This document shows, piece by piece, positions 38,401 to 45,661 of a stretch of 64,000 bases of DNA. The translations under genes were made by a program, and so were the position numbers. Position 1 is the stretch's first letter; every line of letters starts with the position of its first letter. A model generated the notes under the pieces. It saw only the letters and a program-made list of their open reading frames with translations. It made no database searches and was not told where the DNA came from. The stretch comes from a virus. The stretch covers positions 110,471 through 174,470 of IMG/VR virus record IMGVR_UViG_3300027749_000040. One strand, 5' to 3'.

Positions 38401-39100
38401 CGCCGCAAGTACAGGAGAAGCTGGTTTAGTCACACGCAATACTTACTTGGGTCTATTCTATCCAAGCGGAATTACAAATGACTTAAGTGGAAATCAAGTA
38501 GTTGTACCGTCATCACATATGATGTTGCGTACATTCTTACGTAATGATACAGTGGCTTATCCTTGGTTAGCCCCAGCTGGTACTCGCCGTGGTAATATTG
38601 ACAATGCCTTGAACATTGGTTATTTGAATCGCACAACAGGTGAGTTTCAACCAATTAAGACACGTATTGGTATCCGTGATGTACTATACATTAACCAAAT
38701 TAACCCAATGGTATTCTTCACTGGCGTTGGCTTACTAAACTATGGTAACAAGAACAGCTATGATAGTTCAAGTGCATTAGATAGAATTAACGTTGCACGT
38801 TTGATTAACTATGTACGCCGTCAGTTGACTATTGCGGCTCGTCCGTTCGTATTCGAACCTAACGATCAATTAACACGCAATCAGATTGCAGGTGTTGTAC
38901 AAACATTGTTGGTTGATTTAGTTGCTAAACGTGGTCTATATGACTATTTGGTAATTTGTGACGACAGTAACAATACACCGGCTCGTATAGATAGAAGTGA
39001 ATTATGGATTGATGTTGCAATTGAACCAGTTAAGGCTGCTGAATTCATCTATATCCCGGTTCGTATTTTAAACACAGGTGAGATAGCAGGTAACGTATAA
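35495..39100 (+). CDS. Contractile tail sheath protein (T4 gp18-like), enlarged
   Basis: MALVSPGVEVTITDQS; PWLAPAGTRRG, RDVLY..QINP, DRINVARL, FEPND, CDDSNNTP..ID, IEPVKAAEFIYI. Confidence 0.95.
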   Translation: MALVSPGVEVTITDQSQYLPAPTNSVPLVLLATAQNKANASGTGVAAATTAANANKLYQVTSQRDLVNLYGTPFFYTTTNGTPIQGYELNEYGLLAAYSLLGVTNRCYVLRCDIDLASLVGQTSRPTGAPDNGTYWLDTTTSTWGIYEFNATTGQFELVNPIVISDSASLSGGVPLNSIGNIGDYAVNALESTTSPSNPSGKTFFYKTSNNIWGTVGGSTWRSDVPTVQGSTSNPTLSATSNFTMDVSGLYTITVSVTGTTVANVATAINNINTPVVTARVVSGKLQIISNQIVAPGAVAYITLTDGSNTPLALCGITPGTYNQAIVAYGTSAQMPLWSSSQTTPRPTGSVWIKIGTSGNGLYPSISQWKTATASWVAKNVSQANSDWAVTAPLDSTGGALIPAGTIYGQYNFNGTLSSAPYYLWERISTGATIITGDNTSPVFNSTNCVGVGPYTLYVSVSVPGSTSLSTGYVVTIPNGANATGFVTAWSASGAPYTIASVSADGAITLTHTEGGEIILSDVVSNVSNGVIAEAGFTIGTTSGVKYGPNKIFGWSNVACTGGSGTGATFNINSRFGAYYLGVSSGIYTGGTGYAVGNIITISGTVLNGTSPANDLQLVVTKIGGGGTAITGVSYYSGASINSFDTQLSNWVEFTYTSNEGAPVADPANNTNWFYSVIDEVDIMVQKAGTWVGYRTTAYDSNGHPSTTGSPATDPNGPIIAATAPTVQSDGTALVYGDLWVDTGDLELYPIIYRWQEISGIDQWVLLDTTDQTSQNGVLFQDARWSSSGAISPVDDPIPTIKSLLSSNYVDLDVPTATLYPQGMLLFNTRRSGYNVKQFRTNYFTSANYPNAGAYNPAAPTNVDNLPEFSYTWVSVSGNNTKGVAYMGRNAQRAMVVQALRASIDTNTAIRDEDNYFNLMATPNYPELQPNMVVLNNDRGETGYIIGDTPLGLADSATDIQAWANNDAGAASTGEAGLVTRNTYLGLFYPSGITNDLSGNQVVVPSSHMMLRTFLRNDTVAYPWLAPAGTRRGNIDNALNIGYLNRTTGEFQPIKTRIGIRDVLYINQINPMVFFTGVGLLNYGNKNSYDSSSALDRINVARLINYVRRQLTIAARPFVFEPNDQLTRNQIAGVVQTLLVDLVAKRGLYDYLVICDDSNNTPARIDRSELWIDVAIEPVKAAEFIYIPVRILNTGEIAGNV

Positions 39101-39101
39101 A

Positions 39102-39123
39102 TGATACCCCGAAAGGGGTATCA
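39102..39123 (+). terminator. GAAA-tetraloop hairpin after the sheath gene (terminator or 3' stabiliser)
   Basis: TGATACCCC-GAAA-GGGGTATCA; no U-tract; late promoter GATAAATA follows at 39132-39139. Confidence 0.6.
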
Positions 39124-39159
39124 ATATTAAAGATAAATAAGTATACAGGAGATTAAAAA

Positions 39160-39795
39160 ATGGCAACAGCCTCACAATCATTGTTCAACATGACCGTAGC
39201 TAGCGATAATGCCGGTGGTAACCAAGGCCTGTTGATGCCCAAATTACAATACCGTTTCAGAGTTAACTTTCTGAATTTTGGTGTTGGTCAAACTATTGAA
39301 TTAACTAAACAAGTTGTAGACATCACACGTCCTCAAGTTAGTTTTGGTGAAATTACAATACCAATTTACAATTCAACATTGTATCTTGCTGGTCGTCATG
39401 AATGGCAAGCATTAACAGTTAACGTTAGAGATGACGCACAGGGTCAAGTATCTAAGTTAGTTGGACAGCAATTACAGAAACAATTAGACTTTGTTGAGCA
39501 GGCATCTGCGGCAACTGGTCAAGACTATAAGTTCCAAACAAATATTGAAGTACTAGACGGTGGTAACGGTACAGCCGCACCAATAGTATTAGAAACTTGG
39601 GAATGCTATGGTTGCTTCTTGCAACAAGCAAACTATAATAACTTAAACTATGGTACAAACGAAGTAGTACAAATTGCTATGACAATCAGATATGATAATG
39701 CAGTTCAGTCACCATTAACTTCAGGTGTTGGTACAAACATCGGTCGTGTATTAGGTGGTTCAATCGTAACTGGTATCGGTTCTGGTCAAGCTTAA
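39160..39795 (+). CDS. Tail tube protein (T4 gp19-like)
   Basis: Follows the sheath; PKLQYRFRV, LAGRHEW..LTVNVRDD, WECYGCF, IRYDNA; SD AGGAG. Confidence 0.88.
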   Translation: MATASQSLFNMTVASDNAGGNQGLLMPKLQYRFRVNFLNFGVGQTIELTKQVVDITRPQVSFGEITIPIYNSTLYLAGRHEWQALTVNVRDDAQGQVSKLVGQQLQKQLDFVEQASAATGQDYKFQTNIEVLDGGNGTAAPIVLETWECYGCFLQQANYNNLNYGTNEVVQIAMTIRYDNAVQSPLTSGVGTNIGRVLGGSIVTGIGSGQA

Positions 39796-39800
39796 TAGTA
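39743..39800 (+). repeat. 58-bp direct repeat, copy 1 (3' end of the tube gene)
   Basis: gtcgtgtattaggtggttcaatcgtaactggtatcggttctggtcaagcttaatagta; 56/58 identical to 41054-41111. Confidence 0.95.
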
Positions 39801-39816
39801 ACATTTGAGTTATTAA

Positions 39817-41106
39817 ATGAGTGGATTTTTTCAAAATCTCTTAACAGATACTGCCAAAGGATTCTTCGGCAACGATTATGTAAGAGATTACACTCATGCC
39901 GCAAAAACATTTAGGACTAACTCTTACCAGTACGCTCCTAAATTAAAGTTCTTATTTCACGTATACTTTGAAATAAACCCTGCTGTCTATGCTAAAGGTA
40001 TAGCGCAGGGTGCCAATTTTGGCTTGACTGTAAAGACAATCGATTTACCTAAGTATACAATTGATACAGCTACATTAAATCAGTATAATAGAAAACGACT
40101 AGTTCAGACTAAAATTAAATATCAACCTATAAATATTGCATTTCATGATGATAGGGGTAACTTAGTAAATGACATGTGGTATAACTACTACACATATTAT
40201 TTTAAAGATGCAGATAAACCAGTTACATCTACTTCAGGTAGACAAACTACCAATGGTAACAATACTGGTTCAATAAATTTCAATAGAAGAAATTTATATG
40301 ATGGTGATATTTCCGGAGATGAAGACTGGGGTTACATTGGTGAAACTAGTCAACAATCAGGTACAACTAGTCAATCAAATCAAGGCATAAGTAAGATTCC
40401 ATTCTTTAAGAGTATTCAAATTTATGGAATAAATCAACATAATTTTATGCAATATACTTTAATTAATCCTGTTATTACTGCATTCAACCATGATACATAT
40501 GATTATGCCCAAGGCAATGGCACAATGGCAAACACAATGACTATTGATTATGAAACAGTAAAATATGCCGAAGGCGCTATTGACGGTCGTTCACCTAGTA
40601 ATATAGTTACTGGATTTGGTATAGAAACAAACTATGATAGAACACCTAGTCCTATCAACAGACTTGGTTCTAATTCTAGTATCTTGGGACAAGGTGGCTT
40701 AGTAGATGCCGCCGGCGGATTTATCAATGATTTATCAAATGGCAATATATTAGGTGCTATTCGTACAGCAGGCACAACATATAATACATTTAAAAATAAG
40801 AATTTAAAACAAGTAGCTGTGCAAGACTTGAATTCATTATTAGCAACAACAGTACAACAACAGTTGCCCGGAGCAGTAAGAACTAATACATACTATCCCG
40901 GTTATGGATCAAGCCCTAACAACACCGCAGGAGCACCTAATTTAGGATTAGGCGCGCCGGCGCAAATTATATCTACAGGTAATACTACCGGTACTGGTAT
41001 CAATAACAGTGTGCCGAACGCGGGTGTACAAACTACACCCGGGCAAAATATTAGTCGTGTATTAGGTGGCTCAATTGTAACTGGTATCGGTTCTGGTCAA
41101 GCTTAA
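39817..41106 (+). CDS. Baseplate/tail-tube initiator (gp48/gp54-like tube paralog)
   Basis: PKLKFLFHV, VKTIDLPK, YQPINIAFHDD, NPVITAF, MTIDYE parallel the tube motifs. Confidence 0.7.
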   Translation: MSGFFQNLLTDTAKGFFGNDYVRDYTHAAKTFRTNSYQYAPKLKFLFHVYFEINPAVYAKGIAQGANFGLTVKTIDLPKYTIDTATLNQYNRKRLVQTKIKYQPINIAFHDDRGNLVNDMWYNYYTYYFKDADKPVTSTSGRQTTNGNNTGSINFNRRNLYDGDISGDEDWGYIGETSQQSGTTSQSNQGISKIPFFKSIQIYGINQHNFMQYTLINPVITAFNHDTYDYAQGNGTMANTMTIDYETVKYAEGAIDGRSPSNIVTGFGIETNYDRTPSPINRLGSNSSILGQGGLVDAAGGFINDLSNGNILGAIRTAGTTYNTFKNKNLKQVAVQDLNSLLATTVQQQLPGAVRTNTYYPGYGSSPNNTAGAPNLGLGAPAQIISTGNTTGTGINNSVPNAGVQTTPGQNISRVLGGSIVTGIGSGQA

Positions 41107-41111
41107 TAGTA
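41054..41111 (+). repeat. 58-bp direct repeat, copy 2
   Basis: Same as 39743-39800 except two synonymous changes (GGT>GGC, ATC>ATT). Confidence 0.95.
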
Positions 41112-41134
41112 TAAATACTCTACGGAGATTTATA
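41110..41134 (+). promoter_or_regulatory. Late promoter TATAAATA forming the 5' arm of an SD-containing hairpin
   Basis: TATAAAT-a-CTC-TACG-GAG-ATTTATA; cUACGg tetraloop; ATG 41134. Confidence 0.7.
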
Positions 41135-41493
41135 TGGCACAAATTATCGATTCACGATCACAATTAGACCAAACAGTTAAAATTTTTGATGAATTCTATG
41201 GATTCAACTTAATTATCAATTCCAGCGAGTATGATATTGTATTTTCATACTTTAAAAGTACATGTGATTCAGTACAAATAGCAGGTAACTTTACAGTATA
41301 TTTGTTTAGAATATCGCAAGAAACACAAATCCCTGTACTAGAGTTATTAAGTTATATTCAAGGTAAAACACAACTTGAAACTAACACAGTCATTGCTTAT
41401 TATTTAAACAGTTTTAAAAGTAAAACTGCAATCTATGGTTTTGGTACTGTGCCCCAACCCAATGAATCAGTTGCTAGAAACATTGTATTGTAA
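41134..41493 (+). CDS. Hypothetical protein (virion gene cluster)
   Basis: 119 aa; late promoter and GGAG. Confidence 0.75.
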   Translation: MAQIIDSRSQLDQTVKIFDEFYGFNLIINSSEYDIVFSYFKSTCDSVQIAGNFTVYLFRISQETQIPVLELLSYIQGKTQLETNTVIAYYLNSFKSKTAIYGFGTVPQPNESVARNIVL

Positions 41494-41930
41494 TGGCAAA
41501 GTATGCACAGGGGTCGTTTACTCCTAAAAATCCTCAAAAATATGTAGGTAAACATACTCCTAGATATCGTAGTGGTTGGGAACTTACATTTATGAATTTC
41601 TGTGATAACAACAACAGTGTGTTGTATTGGGCTAGTGAAGCAATAAGTATACCATATCGTAATCCTTTTACAGGACAAGCAAAGAATTACATACCTGACT
41701 TTTTTGTAGTTTATCAAAACAAGTTTGGCAAGCAAATAGCAGAAGTAGTTGAGATTAAGCCTAAGAAACAAAGCATCATTGAGAGTAAAGTTGCCAATGC
41801 CAAAGACAAAATGGTAGTAGCAATAAATCATGCTAAGTGGCATTCTGCAATGGCATATTGTAAAAGTCAGGGCTATACCTTTAGGGTAATAACTGAAGAT
41901 GACCTTTTCTACAACGGTAAAAGAAAGTAA
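41493..41930 (+). CDS. Head completion nuclease (T4 gp4-like, TnsA-type)
   Basis: PKNPQKY.G, YRSGWE, WASE...IPY, YIPDF, VEIKP, NHAKW, VITE. Confidence 0.88.
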   Translation: MAKYAQGSFTPKNPQKYVGKHTPRYRSGWELTFMNFCDNNNSVLYWASEAISIPYRNPFTGQAKNYIPDFFVVYQNKFGKQIAEVVEIKPKKQSIIESKVANAKDKMVVAINHAKWHSAMAYCKSQGYTFRVITEDDLFYNGKRK

Positions 41931-41942
41931 ATAAATACTTTT

Positions 41943-42425
41943 ATGACAAAAAAATTGCAAGAACTTTTTGATCTTCCTGAAAACAATGATAGAGGATTGA
42001 CTCTTTCCATGCCAGAAAATGCTGAAGAAATAACCAGTGAAGCACTTAATACATTAGAGAAGATTGAGAACGCATTACCCCAGGTAAGAGGATTAGAGGT
42101 GGCTGATAATGAGATGGATGAATTAGCAAGTATGGCTACCTCAAGCTACAAAGACTTAATGGATTTGGGTATGCAAGTTGACAGTCGTTTTGCTAGTGAA
42201 ATATTCAATAGTGCGGGAACAATGTTAGGCCATGCTATTACAGCTAAAACAGCAAAGATTAATAAAAAATTAAAAATGCTTGATTTACAGCTTAAAAAAG
42301 CTGGTCTAGATCAAAAAATTGCTGGAAAAACTGAAGAAATTGAAGCTACTCCGTTAGGCGAGGGCAAGAGTCTAGACCGCAATGAACTGCTTAAGATGTT
42401 GGCTGCTAAAACAGACGATAAATGA
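41943..42425 (+). CDS. Possible terminase small subunit (gp16-like)
   Basis: Helical 160 aa with DSRFASEIF...KLKMLDLQLKK pattern; ATAAATA 5 nt upstream. Confidence 0.45.
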   Translation: MTKKLQELFDLPENNDRGLTLSMPENAEEITSEALNTLEKIENALPQVRGLEVADNEMDELASMATSSYKDLMDLGMQVDSRFASEIFNSAGTMLGHAITAKTAKINKKLKMLDLQLKKAGLDQKIAGKTEEIEATPLGEGKSLDRNELLKMLAAKTDDK

Positions 42426-42450
42426 TAAATACTGAATATAGGAATAAGAA

Positions 42451-43074
42451 ATGAAGAGCCTTAAACATTACATTGTAGAGAGTGTTCACACTTACAACTA
42501 CACTATTAAAATTGCCGGAGAGGTCGACAAGAACTTCCTTGAGTTGTTTAAATATAACTTGAATAAATTTGACCCAGTTAAAATTAGTGAACCTACTAGC
42601 ACGCCAATACAGAAATCACCATTTGGATTTCCTAATTTGAGTAATCAAAGTGTTACAATTTTAAAAGCAGAATTTCGCTATCCAGCGACTGAGCCAATGA
42701 TTCAGCAGATTGCTCAATTGTTAGGTTATCAAGTTGATATGGTTCGTGTTGTTGGTACTGATTTTGATGATAGCATTGATAATGAACAGGTAGGCTATGC
42801 TAATGAAATGGATCACAATCCATTACTATTACACCCTGAATTAGAAGAACAACCGGGTGCTAAAGAAGCAAGTAAAAATTATAGCGATTCATATTTGAAG
42901 TCTATACAGTCACAAGCAAAAAATTCTAAAATTGATATACCTTATGCAGGTAAACAAACTCCTGATGCGTTTGATCCGTTCAAGCCATACTTGGATAATG
43001 ATCCAAGAGGAATTAAAAGCCCAATGAGCACAATCAAGCGACCTGCAAAGCCTGCAACTGGCGCAAGTAAATAA
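42451..43074 (+). CDS. Putative internal head protein
   Basis: N-terminus MKSLKHYIVE-S resembles the T4 capsid-targeting sequence; GATAAATA 42424-42431. Confidence 0.5.
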   Translation: MKSLKHYIVESVHTYNYTIKIAGEVDKNFLELFKYNLNKFDPVKISEPTSTPIQKSPFGFPNLSNQSVTILKAEFRYPATEPMIQQIAQLLGYQVDMVRVVGTDFDDSIDNEQVGYANEMDHNPLLLHPELEEQPGAKEASKNYSDSYLKSIQSQAKNSKIDIPYAGKQTPDAFDPFKPYLDNDPRGIKSPMSTIKRPAKPATGASK

Positions 43075-43089
43075 TTAAAGGAACATAAA

Positions 43090-45567
43090 ATGGATTTCAA
43101 AAGTTTAATATCACAACTAGACCAGTTGAACGAAGCAGAAGGTACAACAGTACACAAAGGTACTTATGGTACAAGTTACGGCAAAGAAGATGTTCGTGAC
43201 CAGTATGGTCACAAAATTGGCAAAATCAATAAAGACGCAGAAGAAAAGAAAGATGCACCAAAAAAAGGGCGCGGCCGTCCTAAGAAAGGTGCTGATGAGA
43301 CAGGTAAAGTTAAGAACTATGACTTCAGTGCATTTGGTGTTAACCAAGGCAAAGATGTTAAGCTACCAAAACACGACAAAAAGAAAACTACTAAACACAG
43401 TTTGAAAGAATATTTAGACCAATTAGAAATTGCATTGAATGAAGCTGACCAGATTCAAATTAAACCAGCAAGTCAAATGCCTAAGAAACCTGGACAGCCA
43501 GGACAACCTGGTCAAACAACACAACCCGGTCAGCCACAGCAAGTAGCAGGTCAGCCACAGAAGCAAACGCAAGTTATTGCTCAAGGTGATAAGACATTAG
43601 GTACAGTTGACAATCCACAATTAGCTAATCAGATTAAACAATCTATTGGCAAGGGTGAAATGACACTAATGCCTGACCAAGAAATGGCAGAAGGCGATAT
43701 CGGTAAGCACAACAATGCTACTACGGGCTTTGATGCACTAGTTCGTAAACTAACACCTAAGTACGGTAAAGAAGCCGCAACAAGAATTGCTGGTTCACAA
43801 ATGAAAAAAATTAAAGAAGCTGAAATGCCAACACATGATGGTGACATGGGCGCAGGATTAGGTGCTGGTCGTAGTCAGCAATTTGAAGCTAAAGACTTAC
43901 CGGGCAAACAAGATAAATTAGATGTAGCAGAACCAAAAGGTAAGCTAGATGCTAAAGATTTCAAAGAATTGTCTAAGAAAAAGAAAGTGAAAGAAGGTAT
44001 GAATACAAGATTAAAAGCCGCACGTCACACAGGTAAGGCACATGCTCTTGGTAAACAAGGGTACAATTGTTCATATGACGATATGGAAGAATCAAGACAC
44101 TATCATGAAGGCTACAAAGAAGGTCTAGATGAATGCTATGGTCAAATGCCAATTCAAGGTTATGTTGGTGAGACAAATCCACCAGCAACATTACCTGGCA
44201 TGGCAGATCAAGCTATGCGTGAGCCTGCTATGGAAGACGATATGTATGAAATGGATAAAACTTCTTACATGAAGCAACAGGCTATCAAAACTCCAGGAGA
44301 TACATTCAAAGCTTTTGGTCAAACTTTTAAAGATAAAGAAGTATTAGAAAGTCCATTTGCTTTTGAAGCATGGGATAAAGAATTAAATGCATTGCTAGAA
44401 TCTAAAGCAGATGTTGCTGAAGGTATGACTGTTTCTATCAGCAAAGGTCAACAAGGTGCACCTGATTCAGTAAGTGTGTCAGCACAAGACGGTGAAGCTG
44501 ACCAATTGTTAGGTATAATCAAATCAGCAGGCTTAGGCTTGTTTGGTGGCGATGACAACGGCGGCTACGGTGCCCCACAAGGCGGACAACCACAACACGG
44601 TGGTTTAGATGTTGTTGGTGACCATGATGGTATGATGGCATTGATTAAGAAAGTTGCAGGCGGTGAAGCTGGTAACGGAGACTATGCTGATGAAGTAGGT
44701 AGTGAAGAACATGGTCATGCTCATGAAGAAGGTTGTAATGAATGTGGTATGGCGTATGAGTCATGTGGATGTGATGATAAAGAAATGGTTGATGAAGTTG
44801 AATCAGAAGATCAAATGACTTATCAAATGGCTGAAGACAATCCACCGGATAGTGGCGCTGATAATACAAATGCGGAAATTGCAGATACTACACAAACTAA
44901 TCAAGCGGCCGCTGAATATAATCCAAAGGATGATGTTGATGAAGGCGCAGGCGGACCAGAAGCTAGTGAAGAACCAGAAGAGCCTATCGTTTCTGAAGCT
45001 GAAGATGAAACAGGTGAAGAAGCCGGTAAAGAAAAAATGACTGAAGGTAAATGTAAAAAATGTGATTGCGACCCTTGTAAATGTGACACCGTGTCAGAAT
45101 CAAGTTTCTTTAGTCTTTACAAAAAGCTAGCAATGTTATCTGAAGAATCAACTAGCGAAAAAGATGACAAAGCTGAAAAAGCCGCTAAGAAAGTCGCCAA
45201 AGATATCGAATATGACGAAGGTCATAAAGGTAAAGATGATGACAAAGCTGAAGAAGCTGGCAAAAAAGTCAAAAAAGACATTGAGTACGATGACAAGAAA
45301 GACAAGAAAAAGATAGACGAGTGGGCAAATGATGCGGGTCCAGGTAAATCTGCTTCTGATACGGCATTTGAAACTGATATTGATTTTATGATGAATGTTA
45401 TCAGTGGAGGTTTAAACAAGCGTAAGCAAACTGGTCAAACAACTATTCCTGTTATTGCAAGCCAATTGGGTAGACAAGTTGCTCGTAAAACAACAGATAT
45501 TAACGAATCGGTTGAATATTCAAGTGATGCAGTTGCACAATGGAAAAAATTAGCTGGACTTAAATAA
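43090..45567 (+). CDS. Large acidic low-complexity protein, putative prohead core/internal protein
   Basis: 825 aa; AT-hook KKGRGRPKK, QPG repeats, many (L/I/V/M)xE sites, C-terminal WKKLAGLK. Confidence 0.6.
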   Translation: MDFKSLISQLDQLNEAEGTTVHKGTYGTSYGKEDVRDQYGHKIGKINKDAEEKKDAPKKGRGRPKKGADETGKVKNYDFSAFGVNQGKDVKLPKHDKKKTTKHSLKEYLDQLEIALNEADQIQIKPASQMPKKPGQPGQPGQTTQPGQPQQVAGQPQKQTQVIAQGDKTLGTVDNPQLANQIKQSIGKGEMTLMPDQEMAEGDIGKHNNATTGFDALVRKLTPKYGKEAATRIAGSQMKKIKEAEMPTHDGDMGAGLGAGRSQQFEAKDLPGKQDKLDVAEPKGKLDAKDFKELSKKKKVKEGMNTRLKAARHTGKAHALGKQGYNCSYDDMEESRHYHEGYKEGLDECYGQMPIQGYVGETNPPATLPGMADQAMREPAMEDDMYEMDKTSYMKQQAIKTPGDTFKAFGQTFKDKEVLESPFAFEAWDKELNALLESKADVAEGMTVSISKGQQGAPDSVSVSAQDGEADQLLGIIKSAGLGLFGGDDNGGYGAPQGGQPQHGGLDVVGDHDGMMALIKKVAGGEAGNGDYADEVGSEEHGHAHEEGCNECGMAYESCGCDDKEMVDEVESEDQMTYQMAEDNPPDSGADNTNAEIADTTQTNQAAAEYNPKDDVDEGAGGPEASEEPEEPIVSEAEDETGEEAGKEKMTEGKCKKCDCDPCKCDTVSESSFFSLYKKLAMLSEESTSEKDDKAEKAAKKVAKDIEYDEGHKGKDDDKAEEAGKKVKKDIEYDDKKDKKKIDEWANDAGPGKSASDTAFETDIDFMMNVISGGLNKRKQTGQTTIPVIASQLGRQVARKTTDINESVEYSSDAVAQWKKLAGLK

Positions 45568-45584
45568 TTAGTTCTGCACAAAAG

Positions 45585-45611
45585 TACCCGGCAATAGTCG
45601 GGTATTTTTTT
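45585..45611 (+). terminator. Rho-independent terminator
   Basis: TACCCGGC-AATA-GTCGGGTA followed by T7. Confidence 0.88.
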
Positions 45612-45661
45612 GGCTATGTGTTTATATTAAAACGATAAATACTAAATAAGGTAGAATAGAT

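Noticed and set aside
39743-41111. 58-bp repeat pair as the TR/VR of a diversity-generating retroelement
   Set aside because: The two mismatches are synonymous T/C changes in opposite directions, not adenine-specific, and no reverse transcriptase is in the window.
41493-41930. TnsA-like protein as a Tn7 transposon
   Set aside because: No tnsB/tnsC or terminal repeats; motifs and context match T4 gp4 head completion.
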